A DNA stretch of 64,000 nt, from positions 421,136-485,135 of the forward strand of contig JANWJF010000001.1 in the NCBI GenBank assembly GCA_025449535.1, in the 5' to 3' direction. Source of the DNA: Candidatus Saccharimonadia bacterium (GTDB lineage Bacteria; Patescibacteriota; SICC01). Below the pieces are notes generated by a model. That model made no database searches. It saw only the letters and a program-made list of their open reading frames with translations, and was not told the DNA's origin. Below, in pieces: positions 47,907-57,874 of this stretch. Positions within the stretch are counted from its first letter, which is position 1. Each line of letters starts with the position of its first letter. Position numbers and translations under genes: made by a program.

Positions 47907-48200
47907 ATGAACATATCGCCTTTGGCTGACCGCGTGGTCATAGAGCCGATCGAAAAGGACGAAGTGTCCGCCGCGGGGATCGTCATCCCCGATACCGCCG
48001 AGAAGGACAAGCCGCAGAAGGGCAAGGTCCTGGCTGTAGGACCGGGCAAGGTCGGCGACGATGGCAAGCGCGCCGCGCTAGAAGTGAAGAAGGGCGACAC
48101 CGTCCTGTTCACGCAGTACGGACCGAGCGAGTTCAAGGTGGATGGCAAGGAAGTGCTGATCGCTTCCGAGTCGGACATCCTGGCGGTACTAAGTAAGTAA
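47907..48200 (+). CDS. groES: Co-chaperonin GroES
   Basis: PLADRVVI, GIVIPDTAEKDKPQKGKVLAVGPG; SD AAGGAGG. Confidence 0.98.
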   Translation: MNISPLADRVVIEPIEKDEVSAAGIVIPDTAEKDKPQKGKVLAVGPGKVGDDGKRAALEVKKGDTVLFTQYGPSEFKVDGKEVLIASESDILAVLSK

Positions 48201-49871
<1,671 letters not shown>

Positions 49872-49885
49872 GCTTCCTCAGCCCT

Positions 49886-49923
49886 GTACAAAGAACCCCG
49901 GCGTGAGCCGGGGTTCTTTGTAC
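49886..49923. terminator. Terminator hairpin between convergent genes
   Basis: GTACAAAGAACCCCGGC-GTGA-GCCGGGGTTCTTTGTAC, 17 bp perfect stem. Confidence 0.85.
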
Positions 49924-49935
49924 GTCGATACGATG

Positions 49936-50691
49936 TCAGGCCGCCGCCGCTCGATTTCGGACGTGTTCCCGGGCCGATTGGACCAGGTGTTTAGCGAAAG
50001 GCGTTTCCGCTCCTTCGTCCAGCACCTGCGCGGCTTTGGCACCCCACGGGGTATCCGGCGACTGTTCCGCTTCCGCCAGGGCAAGGAGAGCGTCCGATTG
50101 GCTGCTGCGGGCCCGCTTCGCGATGGCTGCCAGACCGTCGACCGACGTGTCCTGATACCTGCCTTGCGTCAGGTTCTTGTCCAGGAGCCAGACGACTTCT
50201 TGCTGGGCGCGTTCTCGCCTGCCGAATTCGCTCTCGCTGCTCGCAAGCTCCGCGAGCATGACGGCGATCTCTTCTTCACGGCCTTGGTCCTTGCCGGTCT
50301 CGATAATATTCCGGATTGCACCAACGACACAGACGTCAGCTACTCGTTGGAGCGAACCTTGGAACGAACGTGAACACTCGAGGTCGAACGTGTCGCCGTC
50401 CCGCATCACGAACTTCACGCCCGCAAGTACTTCGTCAATGACTCGAGGATCGTGGGAACCAGGTGAGTCTGGTCCCGGGCGTCCCTTCCGGCCGGTGACT
50501 TCGCCGCTGGTCAGCTTCACGAAACCAGCGAGCCGATCCGTGGACTGCAAAGAGTCAGCAGGATTATTATTTTCAGCGGCTATCCGCCATTCGCGGACAA
50601 GCTCCAGTGCCCGTTCGGCGGGGAGCTCGGTGAACGGAACCCGTTCCGCCTGTTCAATCATCCTGTCACGTGGTGTATCGCCTGTCGGCAT
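49936..50691 (-). CDS. Hypothetical protein
   Basis: 251 aa ORF with SD AAAGGAG; no recognisable motif. Confidence 0.6.
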   Translation of the reverse strand: MPTGDTPRDRMIEQAERVPFTELPAERALELVREWRIAAENNNPADSLQSTDRLAGFVKLTSGEVTGRKGRPGPDSPGSHDPRVIDEVLAGVKFVMRDGDTFDLECSRSFQGSLQRVADVCVVGAIRNIIETGKDQGREEEIAVMLAELASSESEFGRRERAQQEVVWLLDKNLTQGRYQDTSVDGLAAIAKRARSSQSDALLALAEAEQSPDTPWGAKAAQVLDEGAETPFAKHLVQSAREHVRNRAAAA

Positions 50692-50826
50692 AATGTACTC
50701 CTTTGCTCAATGGTTGCAGGTTAGCGTACTAACATAGCAGAGATTAAAAGTATTTCAACAAAGATACTTTTTCTGCAGGAACGCTTTCTATCGTAATGCT
50801 CGAAGTGGTATGATTTTCCGCTACTT

Positions 50827-51258
50827 ATGGATGGTGAACCATTCGGTTTTGACGAAAAATCACCCGAAGCCGCGAAGGCCTCGGTAGAGGAGCTACGCGA
50901 AAGCCTTGCAGTGGTCGCGGAGCGATTGCCGACGGAAGAAAGCCGGCGGCTATTCGCACATGCCCTATCTGAATTCTGGCGGCATTTCGGTGTGGCCTCG
51001 GCGCATTCCGCCGTCCGGAAGGTCCTGCCGAATGCGGATATCGAGCAGTTTGAGAGAAACGCCCAGGCCGAACTACATTTTGCCAGCCAGCGCATCGGTA
51101 TCGCCAAGACTCTTATCAAGGCGTATCACAAGACCATGGATCTTGGTCCGGAAATCTCAGCGGAAGTGCTCAAGGGCACGGTGGCCGATCTTGCCAAGGA
51201 AGACTCTAACCACGCAGAATGGATTGGTGACTTCGTAGCCAGCCTGTTCGAAGATTGA
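50827..51258 (+). CDS. Hypothetical protein
   Basis: 143 aa helical ORF after an AT-rich intergenic region with TATGAT. Confidence 0.6.
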   Translation: MDGEPFGFDEKSPEAAKASVEELRESLAVVAERLPTEESRRLFAHALSEFWRHFGVASAHSAVRKVLPNADIEQFERNAQAELHFASQRIGIAKTLIKAYHKTMDLGPEISAEVLKGTVADLAKEDSNHAEWIGDFVASLFED

Positions 51259-51274
51259 CCGGTATCATACAGTC

Positions 51275-51529
51275 ATGGAAAACATCCCACCCTGGTCGGA
51301 TGAGGCCAAAGCGTTCAAACCCGGCAAGTACAAGCACTTCAAGGATCGCGACGGCGATCACCTATATGCCGTCCACTTCGTGGCGCGGCACTCGGAGACC
51401 GGCGAGGAGATGGTCGTCTACCAGTCCGGTTCGCACCCGGACCGGATCTGGGTCCGGCCGTTGAGCATGTTCGTCGAAGAAGTCCGCCGCGACGGATACG
51501 AAGGCCCTCGGTTCATCAAAGTCGACTGA
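51275..51529 (+). CDS. DUF1653 family protein
   Basis: GKYKHFK..Y.V..VARHSETGEEMVVYQ..WVRPLSMF.E..RF. Confidence 0.9.
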   Translation: MENIPPWSDEAKAFKPGKYKHFKDRDGDHLYAVHFVARHSETGEEMVVYQSGSHPDRIWVRPLSMFVEEVRRDGYEGPRFIKVD

Positions 51530-52053
51530 ACCAGTCCGTCCATCCGGGGCGCAAGCAGGTTCGGTAAATACCGAGGTCACTGCTTGCGCCGGGCCGTCAC
51601 GGCTACGTGTTACTGTCTACGTCTGGCCTTCGTCCGGAAGTTTTGTTTTAGGCGGCGGTGTTGGCGATCTTGAAGATGGCGGAGGGTCCGAGTTCAGCAT
51701 GTGGACCGGGCACCCTCTTCTGCGAATCTCCTCTTCCAGTTCACCGAGGGAGTTCTCTTCCTCGGAGTCGTCGTTAGTCGTGTCGGTCGTGATCAGGACG
51801 TAGCTGCATCCTTTGAGCAGGACCGGATCAGGGTCGGGTTCGTACTTGACGATGGTGTGCTGCGGTGCCACCGCTCCTGCTGCCAGGAACCCAGTGACGA
51901 ACGTAATCATCACTATGCCGCTGACCCGTGCCCTGGTGTCTCGGGAGTTGATTACGACGAACACGCTGATGAGACCGAACAGAATCATCAGCAGTACAAC
52001 GAAAACAGGCATCGCTTTCCTTTCGTAGACGTGACGGGATGGACGGACTGGTT
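51529..52053 (-). repeat. Long-range inverted repeats enclosing ORF 51617-52012 (unit 2)
   Basis: 51529-51545 AACCAGTCCGTCCATCC is the exact reverse complement of 52037-52053; 51594-51607 matches 52024-52037 at 13/14; hairpin 51548-51590 is inserted between the 3' arms. Confidence 0.9.
51617..52012 (-). CDS. Hypothetical membrane protein (two TMs, Pro-rich tail)
   Basis: 131 aa from MPVFVVLL; SD-like GAAAGGAAAG. Confidence 0.65.
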   Translation of the reverse strand: MPVFVVLLMILFGLISVFVVINSRDTRARVSGIVMITFVTGFLAAGAVAPQHTIVKYEPDPDPVLLKGCSYVLITTDTTNDDSEEENSLGELEEEIRRRGCPVHMLNSDPPPSSRSPTPPPKTKLPDEGQT

Positions 52054-52071
52054 TGTAACGTGCGGTTCGTG

Positions 52072-52977
52072 ACCCGGCCAACCAACCCAATGGGTGGTGC
52101 GGGAGCTCTGGCGGTGTTTCGAACTTCGAAACGTGGTTCCGCGCAGAGCCCCCGACTTTTCCATCACAACCACCTAATAGCTCATGCTGCTTGTGACTTG
52201 CGGAGCCGGACTTCCTCCAGGAACGTTGCAATCGCTTCGCCCCTGCTTGACGAGACAGTGGTTCCGTACGGGGCGTTTGCGAAGTTTTCGAGGATCCTGA
52301 TCAGGTTCGGGTCGAGGACTTCCACAAGGATGTCGAGCCAGATTCTCGCCGCTTCCGGCTCTTCCTCATAGAACTGGGTCGTGTTAGTAGCGCGGAGCCA
52401 AGCACTTGGCAAGAGCTTCCGGAACTCCGTCGCGCCGCATTCCCGTGCGAACTTCCTGAGCGCATCCTGGTCGATGTCGTCCGGACGGATCGTCCCTCCT
52501 TTGTAGCTCTCCTTGATGCACGCGAACAACGGGTCGAATTCTATGCCGAGCCGCTGGTAACCGGTCCAGGCGTACCGTTCGAGCACCTCAAGGTCGAGCC
52601 AGGCTTCCCTGGCAAGTCCCTTGACGCAGGCAAGCTCTCCGATAAGCGTGTCTGCGAATTGGCGCTCTTCGTTGGTCAGGTCTTTGATGTGACCCAGCTT
52701 GAACCGGATGACCCGGTACATCTGATGGCTGCCGAACCCCATGAGCACCATGTTGTGGAGCGTTTTCTCGACGAGGTCCGCGGTCACTATGCGCGCCGCG
52801 CTCTTGTTGTCGACACCGGTAGTGAGCTGTACGTCCCGGACTTGTCGACGGATGAACTTCTGGTGTTTCCACTTCCGATGCATGTCGGTAAAAAGCCTCA
52901 ACGGCCTCTCCCTTCTCTCAATCGATATGCCTCATGCACATCGATACCCGTGGTTGTGACGGGTTGGTTGGCCGGGT
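52072..52977 (-). repeat. Long-range inverted repeats enclosing ORF 52182-52901 (unit 1)
   Basis: 52072-52088 ACCCGGCCAACCAACCC is the exact reverse complement of 52961-52977; 52164-52173 pairs 10/10 with 52950-52959; hairpin 52100-52154 is inserted between the 3' arms. Confidence 0.9.
52182..52901 (-). CDS. Hypothetical protein
   Basis: 239 aa, TTG start with SD AAGGGAG; no recognisable family. Confidence 0.65.
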   Translation of the reverse strand: MRLFTDMHRKWKHQKFIRRQVRDVQLTTGVDNKSAARIVTADLVEKTLHNMVLMGFGSHQMYRVIRFKLGHIKDLTNEERQFADTLIGELACVKGLAREAWLDLEVLERYAWTGYQRLGIEFDPLFACIKESYKGGTIRPDDIDQDALRKFARECGATEFRKLLPSAWLRATNTTQFYEEEPEAARIWLDILVEVLDPNLIRILENFANAPYGTTVSSSRGEAIATFLEEVRLRKSQAA

Positions 52978-52997
52978 TTTCAAAGTACGAGCCGCTA

Positions 52998-53026
52998 ACT
53001 ATACGACTTTTTTAGCTTAACGGCAA
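52998..53026 (-). promoter_or_regulatory. Sigma70-type promoter for the stem-enclosed two-gene unit
   Basis: TTGCCG-N17-TATAGT, followed about 10 nt later by boxA-like GTACTTTGAAAAC. Confidence 0.7.
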
Positions 53027-53067
53027 TGTTTTTAATTCAAGCCGGACTTCGCTCATCCTGCGGCTCA

Positions 53068-53096
53068 TTGACAAAAGCACCCCCAAATGGTATGGT
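53068..53096 (+). promoter_or_regulatory. Sigma70-type promoter
   Basis: TTGACA-N17-TATGGT. Confidence 0.7.
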
Positions 53097-53163
53097 CATC
53101 TAATTTCCCAATCTGCCACCGCCAACCCTCACGACGGCACCTCGGGAAAGAAACCAAAAGAAA

Positions 53164-53496
53164 ATGGGATTCCAACCGGACAAGGAAGCGCTCGTAAAAC
53201 TGCTGAACGGCACGTTGGACGGTCACGCCCGGCTCGGTGACAAGAGCGTCCATTTCCTGGATGGCATCAAGCACGTCCGCGACCTGTTCGAGCAGACGTT
53301 CGCCGAGTCGGTCGAGCAGGAGGAGCTGCTGGAATTCTGCGTCAGCCTGATCTGCTCGATCCAGCCGGAGGAGCCGCGGCTGAACCGTTTCCTCTCCGAG
53401 TTGGAACAGGGCATCCTGGCCGCTGCCTACTTCCTGTACACGGCGATGCATCCGCTGGAATACAAGCCGGCGCGCTTCGGCAAGCATGCCGAGTAA
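53164..53496 (+). CDS. Hypothetical protein
   Basis: 110 aa ORF with host-like codon usage between the promoter and pyk. Confidence 0.6.
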   Translation: MGFQPDKEALVKLLNGTLDGHARLGDKSVHFLDGIKHVRDLFEQTFAESVEQEELLEFCVSLICSIQPEEPRLNRFLSELEQGILAAAYFLYTAMHPLEYKPARFGKHAE

Positions 53497-53505
53497 GGGG
53501 TGGGC

Positions 53506-54543
53506 ATGAGGAACACGCAAATCGTCGCGACGATCGGCCCGGCGTCCGAGACGCGGGCCGTCTTGCCGAAGCTGCTCGAGGCCGGCGTGGACGTGGCCCG
53601 ATTGAACTTCTCGCACGGCGATTATGCGGAGTTCGAACGGATCGTGAAGGACATCCGGGCCTGGTCGAAGAAGCGTCGGAAAGTGACGATCCTCCAGGAC
53701 CTGCAGGGCCCGAAGCTCCGGGTCGGCGAGATCGCGCCCGGCACGCGGTACAAGGACGGCGCCGTGGTGATGGTCACTCCGGAAGCTGCGACCGGCGACG
53801 AGAAGACGATTCCGGTCACCTACGACGGACTGGCCAAGGACCTCAAGAAGGGCGATACGATCCTGCTCGCCGACGGCGCCGTGGAACTCGAGGTGCTGCA
53901 GGCCGGCAAGCGCGACCTCAAGACGAAGGTCCTGCATGGCGGCACCGTCGGCTCGCACCAAGGATTCAACGTCCCCAAGCGATCGCTCAGCGTGCCCGCC
54001 GTCACCGACAAGGACAAGGACGACCTGGCCTGGGGTCTCGCCCACGAGGTCGACTGGGTGGCGGTCTCGTTCGTCACCTCCGCGGACGACGTCCGGCGCG
54101 TGCGTCGGATGATCGAGAAGGCCGGCGTGGACAAGCACCCGCGGATCGTCGCCAAGATCGAGAAACACGAGGCGGTCGACAACCTCGAGGAGATCATCGA
54201 CGCGGCGGACGCGGTGATGGTCGCCCGCGGCGACCTCGGCGTGGAGATCGACCCGGCTGAGGTGCCGTTCGCGCAGAAGGAGATCATCCATCACGCCAAC
54301 GCCGCTGCCAAGCCGGTGATTACCGCCACCCAGATGCTGAAGTCGATGACGGACGCGCCGCGCCCGACCCGGGCCGAGGTCAGCGACGTGGCCAACGCCG
54401 TACTGGACGGCAGCGATGCGGTGATGCTCTCCGAGGAAAGCGCCGTCGGGACCTACCCGGTGGAAGCGGTCCGGACGATGGCGCACGTAATCGATGACAC
54501 GGAGCGGCTGTTCCATCGCCACCGCGAGCGGCTCGGACTGTAA
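53506..54543 (+). CDS. pyk: Pyruvate kinase (short, lacking the C-terminal regulatory domain)
   Basis: [72 protein letters not shown]. Confidence 0.95.
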   Translation: MRNTQIVATIGPASETRAVLPKLLEAGVDVARLNFSHGDYAEFERIVKDIRAWSKKRRKVTILQDLQGPKLRVGEIAPGTRYKDGAVVMVTPEAATGDEKTIPVTYDGLAKDLKKGDTILLADGAVELEVLQAGKRDLKTKVLHGGTVGSHQGFNVPKRSLSVPAVTDKDKDDLAWGLAHEVDWVAVSFVTSADDVRRVRRMIEKAGVDKHPRIVAKIEKHEAVDNLEEIIDAADAVMVARGDLGVEIDPAEVPFAQKEIIHHANAAAKPVITATQMLKSMTDAPRPTRAEVSDVANAVLDGSDAVMLSEESAVGTYPVEAVRTMAHVIDDTERLFHRHRERLGL

Positions 54544-54571
54544 GAACCCACGAAGAATCCCCAGAAAAGCC

Positions 54572-54600
54572 TTTACCGTAACACCTTTTTCTGTTATCTT
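54572..54600 (+). promoter_or_regulatory. Putative sigma70 promoter of the micro-ORF/tRNA cassette
   Basis: TTTACC-N17-TATCTT with TG extension. Confidence 0.5.
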
Positions 54601-54700
54601 TCCAACATCAATTTCCCGATCACGGCAGATACGGACCTTTAAAACCAGGGCTTAACGAACACGGTTTTAGGGTCCCTCGGCTCCAGAAGGAGGAAGACGG

Positions 54701-54850
54701 ATGGACGCTTTGGTAGTCGCCGCGTCGGGATTGACCGACGCGGAGTTTCGCACGTTCGTGGTGATCGGGGCGGTTTTCCTGCTCCTGCTCATCGCGATCA
54801 GCCGGATCAACCCGCCGGACGAGCCGTCCGGAACCCACCGGCACCGCTAG
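54701..54850 (+). CDS. Small single-TM protein (49 aa; not in the ORF track)
   Basis: SD AAGGAGG; MDALVVAASGLTDAEFRTFVVIGAVFLLLLIAISRINPPDEPSGTHRHR. Confidence 0.6.
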   Translation: MDALVVAASGLTDAEFRTFVVIGAVFLLLLIAISRINPPDEPSGTHRHR

Positions 54851-54861
54851 GTGGTGACGGC

Positions 54862-54987
54862 ATGGGAATGGCATTGATCGCACTCGGATGCTTGGTCGCC
54901 GGCGTGCTCGCATCGTGCGGCATCGCCTACGTAGGCGAGCGGCTGATGGGGCGCGCGGCGACGCAACGCCGGGATGTTAGGAAGTAG
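54862..54987 (+). CDS. Small single-TM protein (41 aa; not in the ORF track)
   Basis: SD-like AGGTGGTG; MGMALIALGCLVAGVLASCGIAYVGERLMGRAATQRRDVRK. Confidence 0.5.
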   Translation: MGMALIALGCLVAGVLASCGIAYVGERLMGRAATQRRDVRK

Positions 54988-55041
54988 GCTACTGCGGTTC
55001 CGCGAGGAATCGTAGCGGCGGTTCGAATCCGCCCTTCCCGA
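54978..55041 (+). ncRNA. tRNA-like element lacking D and anticodon arms
   Basis: Canonical T arm GGCGG-TTCGAAT-CCGCC, acceptor-like GGAAG/CTTCC, single internal helix capped by a GCGA tetraloop. Confidence 0.5.
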
Positions 55042-55046
55042 ATCGT

Positions 55047-55119
55047 GCTGGAGTAGCTCAATTGGCAGAGCTTCGGACCTATAGTCCGAAAGATGCGGGT
55101 TCGAGTCCCGTCTCTGGCA
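55047..55119 (+). tRNA. Atypical tRNA, anticodon UAU (Ile), with C33
   Basis: GCTGGAG TA GCTC AATTGGCA GAGC T TCGGA CCTATAG TCCGA AAGAT GCGGG TTCGAGT CCCGT CTCTGGC A: full cloverleaf, no encoded CCA. Confidence 0.75.
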
Positions 55120-55406
55120 TCGATAGCATCCAACGAAAGGAGACTGCCCGAAGAAACACGGAAGGCAACGACGACACATGCGGAAACCCTCCTGTCCGTA
55201 CGTCATCCCAACCGCGACAAAGGGTGGGGACGATGGACGCGCAGGTTGGAAAAGGAAGAACGGACACGCCCCGTACGCCGCCGGCTCGCGCGGTTACGGG
55301 AGAAGATCCACCAAGAAGGAGGCTCCATACGTAGTACCGCTGCATGCAGTACGAAGTAAGAACCATCCATCCAGTATCCAGTCGAAACCAGAAAGGTTAT
55401 AGACAA

Positions 55407-56063
55407 GTGTCAACGACCACCGATGTTCCAGCGCAGCAGAAGACCACGATGACGGGTGACCGGACCGGGGTGCTCCCGGCCCGCCTACCGGTCCTTGGCG
55501 GGGACGGCATCTCCGTGCTCACGGAGATTGACGCCGAGGACGCCGCCGCCGACGGTATCGCCATGCTGATGGCGGATGCCGTTACGAACGGGATCCCCCT
55601 GTCGGACCTCGTGAGGACCGACGCCATGTTCGAGGAGGAGCCGGCCGAGGAGTGGCCGCGCAATATGGAGGAGATCCGAAGGGACCTCGAGACCCTCGGC
55701 GACTCCCCGGACCGCGACACGGTCCACCGGCACCTGACCGCTCTCCAGCAGCACCTGGAGGACGAGTTCCGGGCCAGGCTCGAAGCCATGACCGAAGAGG
55801 ACGTCATCGTCCTCGTCGAGGAACTCCCCGAGGAGCGGCTCGAGGTCATGAAACGCCTGCTCACGGGCAGGAGGAGCGCGGTCGAGCACCAGATCGACAC
55901 GTGCCGGTTCCGGCACCGGAGCAATCCGACCGTAGCCCAGCGGCTCACCGAGCCGTTCCGGGGCATCCTGCGGATGATTACGATGGTGCTCAAAGCAGTG
56001 AAACAGCGCCTCAAGGAGGTGGCACGCCTCCAGTCGAGGACGCCGGTTCCGATCGGCGCCTAG
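55407..56063 (+). CDS. Hypothetical helical protein
   Basis: Long ORF with GC3-rich codons; probable GTG start after GAAAGG. Confidence 0.65.
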   Translation: MSTTTDVPAQQKTTMTGDRTGVLPARLPVLGGDGISVLTEIDAEDAAADGIAMLMADAVTNGIPLSDLVRTDAMFEEEPAEEWPRNMEEIRRDLETLGDSPDRDTVHRHLTALQQHLEDEFRARLEAMTEEDVIVLVEELPEERLEVMKRLLTGRRSAVEHQIDTCRFRHRSNPTVAQRLTEPFRGILRMITMVLKAVKQRLKEVARLQSRTPVPIGA

Positions 56064-56235
56064 CAGTACGGGCCGTCGAGGCCCAGAGCACGCGGACTTT
56101 CCCGGGAGGAGAGAGCCGTGAAACCAGTTCCCTGACGAGAACTGACCTTTGACGCGTACTGGCCGCAAAACCGTGGGAATCCCGTCCAAGCCAGCTCGTT
56201 CTTCGGAACGTTGGGCGGCCCACACCTTTGAAAGC

Positions 56236-56305
56236 CCCTTATTAACATCTTCGTATCGCCATTTGGCGCATACCGATCGGTGTTAATAAGGGTTCTTTCT
56301 TTGTT
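56236..56305 (+). terminator. Long terminator-like hairpin
   Basis: CCCTTATTAACATC...GGTGTTAATAAGGG followed by TTCTTTCTTTGTTT. Confidence 0.65.
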
Positions 56306-56400
56306 TGAAAAAAAATCGTAAAAGAAACGCAAAAAGTTTTTGAATTTTTTTTGAGATTTTTTCACAGCTTTTTTTGGAAAGAATCTATACTGGTAAACAC

Positions 56401-56487
56401 GGTGAGGTGGCCGAGTGGCTTAAGGCGCACGCTTGGAAAGCGTGTGGGCGGGAAACCGTCTCGTGGGTTCGAATCCCACCCTCACCG
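56401..56487 (+). tRNA. tRNA-Ser(GGA)
   Basis: GGTGAGG/CCTCACC acceptor, CACGC-TTGGAAA-GCGTG anticodon arm, long variable arm, G73; TATACT at 56386 upstream. Confidence 0.95.
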
Positions 56488-56550
56488 CAGGAAGGCCCGC
56501 ATGCGAACCCGGTGGTTTTTACCGCCGGGCGGACGTACATTGTAGGGGCA

Positions 56551-57399
56551 ATGGCATCGGAAGAAACAACGGGACGACGGCCGGAACGTCCGCGCGGCGA
56601 ACTGACTGAGGCCGAGCTGAACGAGCTTCTGGCTCGCGACATGACCGCCGAAGTCGCCGGCTTGGTAGAGCGATGGACCGCGGACGAGGTGAACGAAGCT
56701 CGCGAACGTACCCAACGGGTCGAGCTAGACTTAGATGACCGCCTTCCGTATCCCCGATGGGCGCCCGAAGTCTTTTTTCTGAGTGCCGAGAATGCGATGG
56801 CTCGGTGTCGCGCCTACGGCGTAGGTCACGGCGCCACCTTGGAGCAGCCGATGGTCCAGAGCCGGTATCAGCGCGCTCGTGAAACCGCCGTCGAGCTACT
56901 GGGCGTAATCACCGACCCCGAGAAAACCCATAGTCCAAGATGGAGCGATCGTTCCCGAGCGGAGGCGTTCCCTGCCGTGATGGCCGCGATTGAAGATCCG
57001 GAGCGCCGGAGCGCTGTGACTGCCCGCGCGTTCAACTTGGCCATGGAGACGGCCGTCCTTCAGGAGGCGTTAAGCGATCATAGTTCCCGCTGGGTAGAAG
57101 ACATGAAGGATTTTCATGAGAAGTTTTCGGAATGGAAGGAAAAGCTGGCCGCCGCGGTCGAATTGACGGCTGAGGATGAAGCGCTGGTCGACCAACGGCT
57201 GACGCTCCTGGCGATGGTTACCAAGGCTCGTTCCGTGGTCGGCGAGGTGGCTCCGGACCTGCAACGGTTGTTAGTGGAGAACCTGCCGCAACGAGGGTCG
57301 TACCCGGAAGGATTCCTGGAGAAGGTCAAGGATCTCCTGGCCGGACGGATGCAGCCCGTTGTCGACGCCGGGAACGAGCTGGAAGAAATGCGGGTGTAG
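56551..57399 (+). CDS. Hypothetical helical protein
   Basis: Start MASEETT downstream of the tRNA; no recognisable motif. Confidence 0.65.
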   Translation: MASEETTGRRPERPRGELTEAELNELLARDMTAEVAGLVERWTADEVNEARERTQRVELDLDDRLPYPRWAPEVFFLSAENAMARCRAYGVGHGATLEQPMVQSRYQRARETAVELLGVITDPEKTHSPRWSDRSRAEAFPAVMAAIEDPERRSAVTARAFNLAMETAVLQEALSDHSSRWVEDMKDFHEKFSEWKEKLAAAVELTAEDEALVDQRLTLLAMVTKARSVVGEVAPDLQRLLVENLPQRGSYPEGFLEKVKDLLAGRMQPVVDAGNELEEMRV

Positions 57400-57402
57400 C
57401 GC

Positions 57403-57873
57403 GTGTCCGCGAAGACCGTCGTGATCATCGCCTTTCTCCTGCTGGTGATCGGCGCGGGGACGTACGCGGCCGTTCGCGGCTCGGACGACGCGGCGGAACC
57501 GGCCGCTACCGCAACGACTGAAGCCTTGCCGGCTGCGCAGAAGCAGGCCCCGGCGCGGGTCGCCGGTACCTACGTCGATTACGAGGAAGGCGTCATCCAG
57601 AAGTCCGACGGCGAACGCGTGCTCTTCTTCCACGCGCCGTGGTGCCCGCAATGTCGTTCGATCGAAAAGGGCATCAAGGAGGACGGCGTGCCGGACGGCC
57701 TCACGGTGATCAAGGTCGACTACGATTCGAACCAGGAACTCCGCGAGCAGTACGGGGTCACGATCCAGACGACCTTCGTGAAGGTGGACGAGGACGGCAA
57801 GGCCATCGGCAAGCCGTTCGTGGCGTACGACGACCCGACGTTCGACTCCGTGAAGCGCAACTTCCTGGATTGA
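57403..57873 (+). CDS. Membrane-anchored thioredoxin family protein
   Basis: TM anchor, LFFHAPWCPQC, YGVTIQTTFV. Confidence 0.88.
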   Translation: MSAKTVVIIAFLLLVIGAGTYAAVRGSDDAAEPAATATTEALPAAQKQAPARVAGTYVDYEEGVIQKSDGERVLFFHAPWCPQCRSIEKGIKEDGVPDGLTVIKVDYDSNQELREQYGVTIQTTFVKVDEDGKAIGKPFVAYDDPTFDSVKRNFLD

Positions 57874-57874
57874 G

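Noticed and set aside
51529-52977. IS/MITE terminal inverted repeats or retron a1/a2 arms
   Set aside because: No transposase or reverse-transcriptase motifs in enclosed or adjacent ORFs, no target duplications, and the 3' arms are split by a hairpin, which fits RNA structure better.
53097-53515. End-pairing around ORF 53164-53496 like the 52 kb units
   Set aside because: Complementarity between the C/A-rich leader and the post-stop sequence is short and mismatched.
55072-55090. Amber-suppressor (CUA) reading of the odd tRNA
   Set aside because: With the TCGGA/TCCGA stem, positions 34-36 are TAT; CTA is off-register.
55093-55402. Short ORFs between the UAU tRNA and ORF 55407
   Set aside because: Several overlapping frames with no convincing start/SD spacing; none could be chosen.
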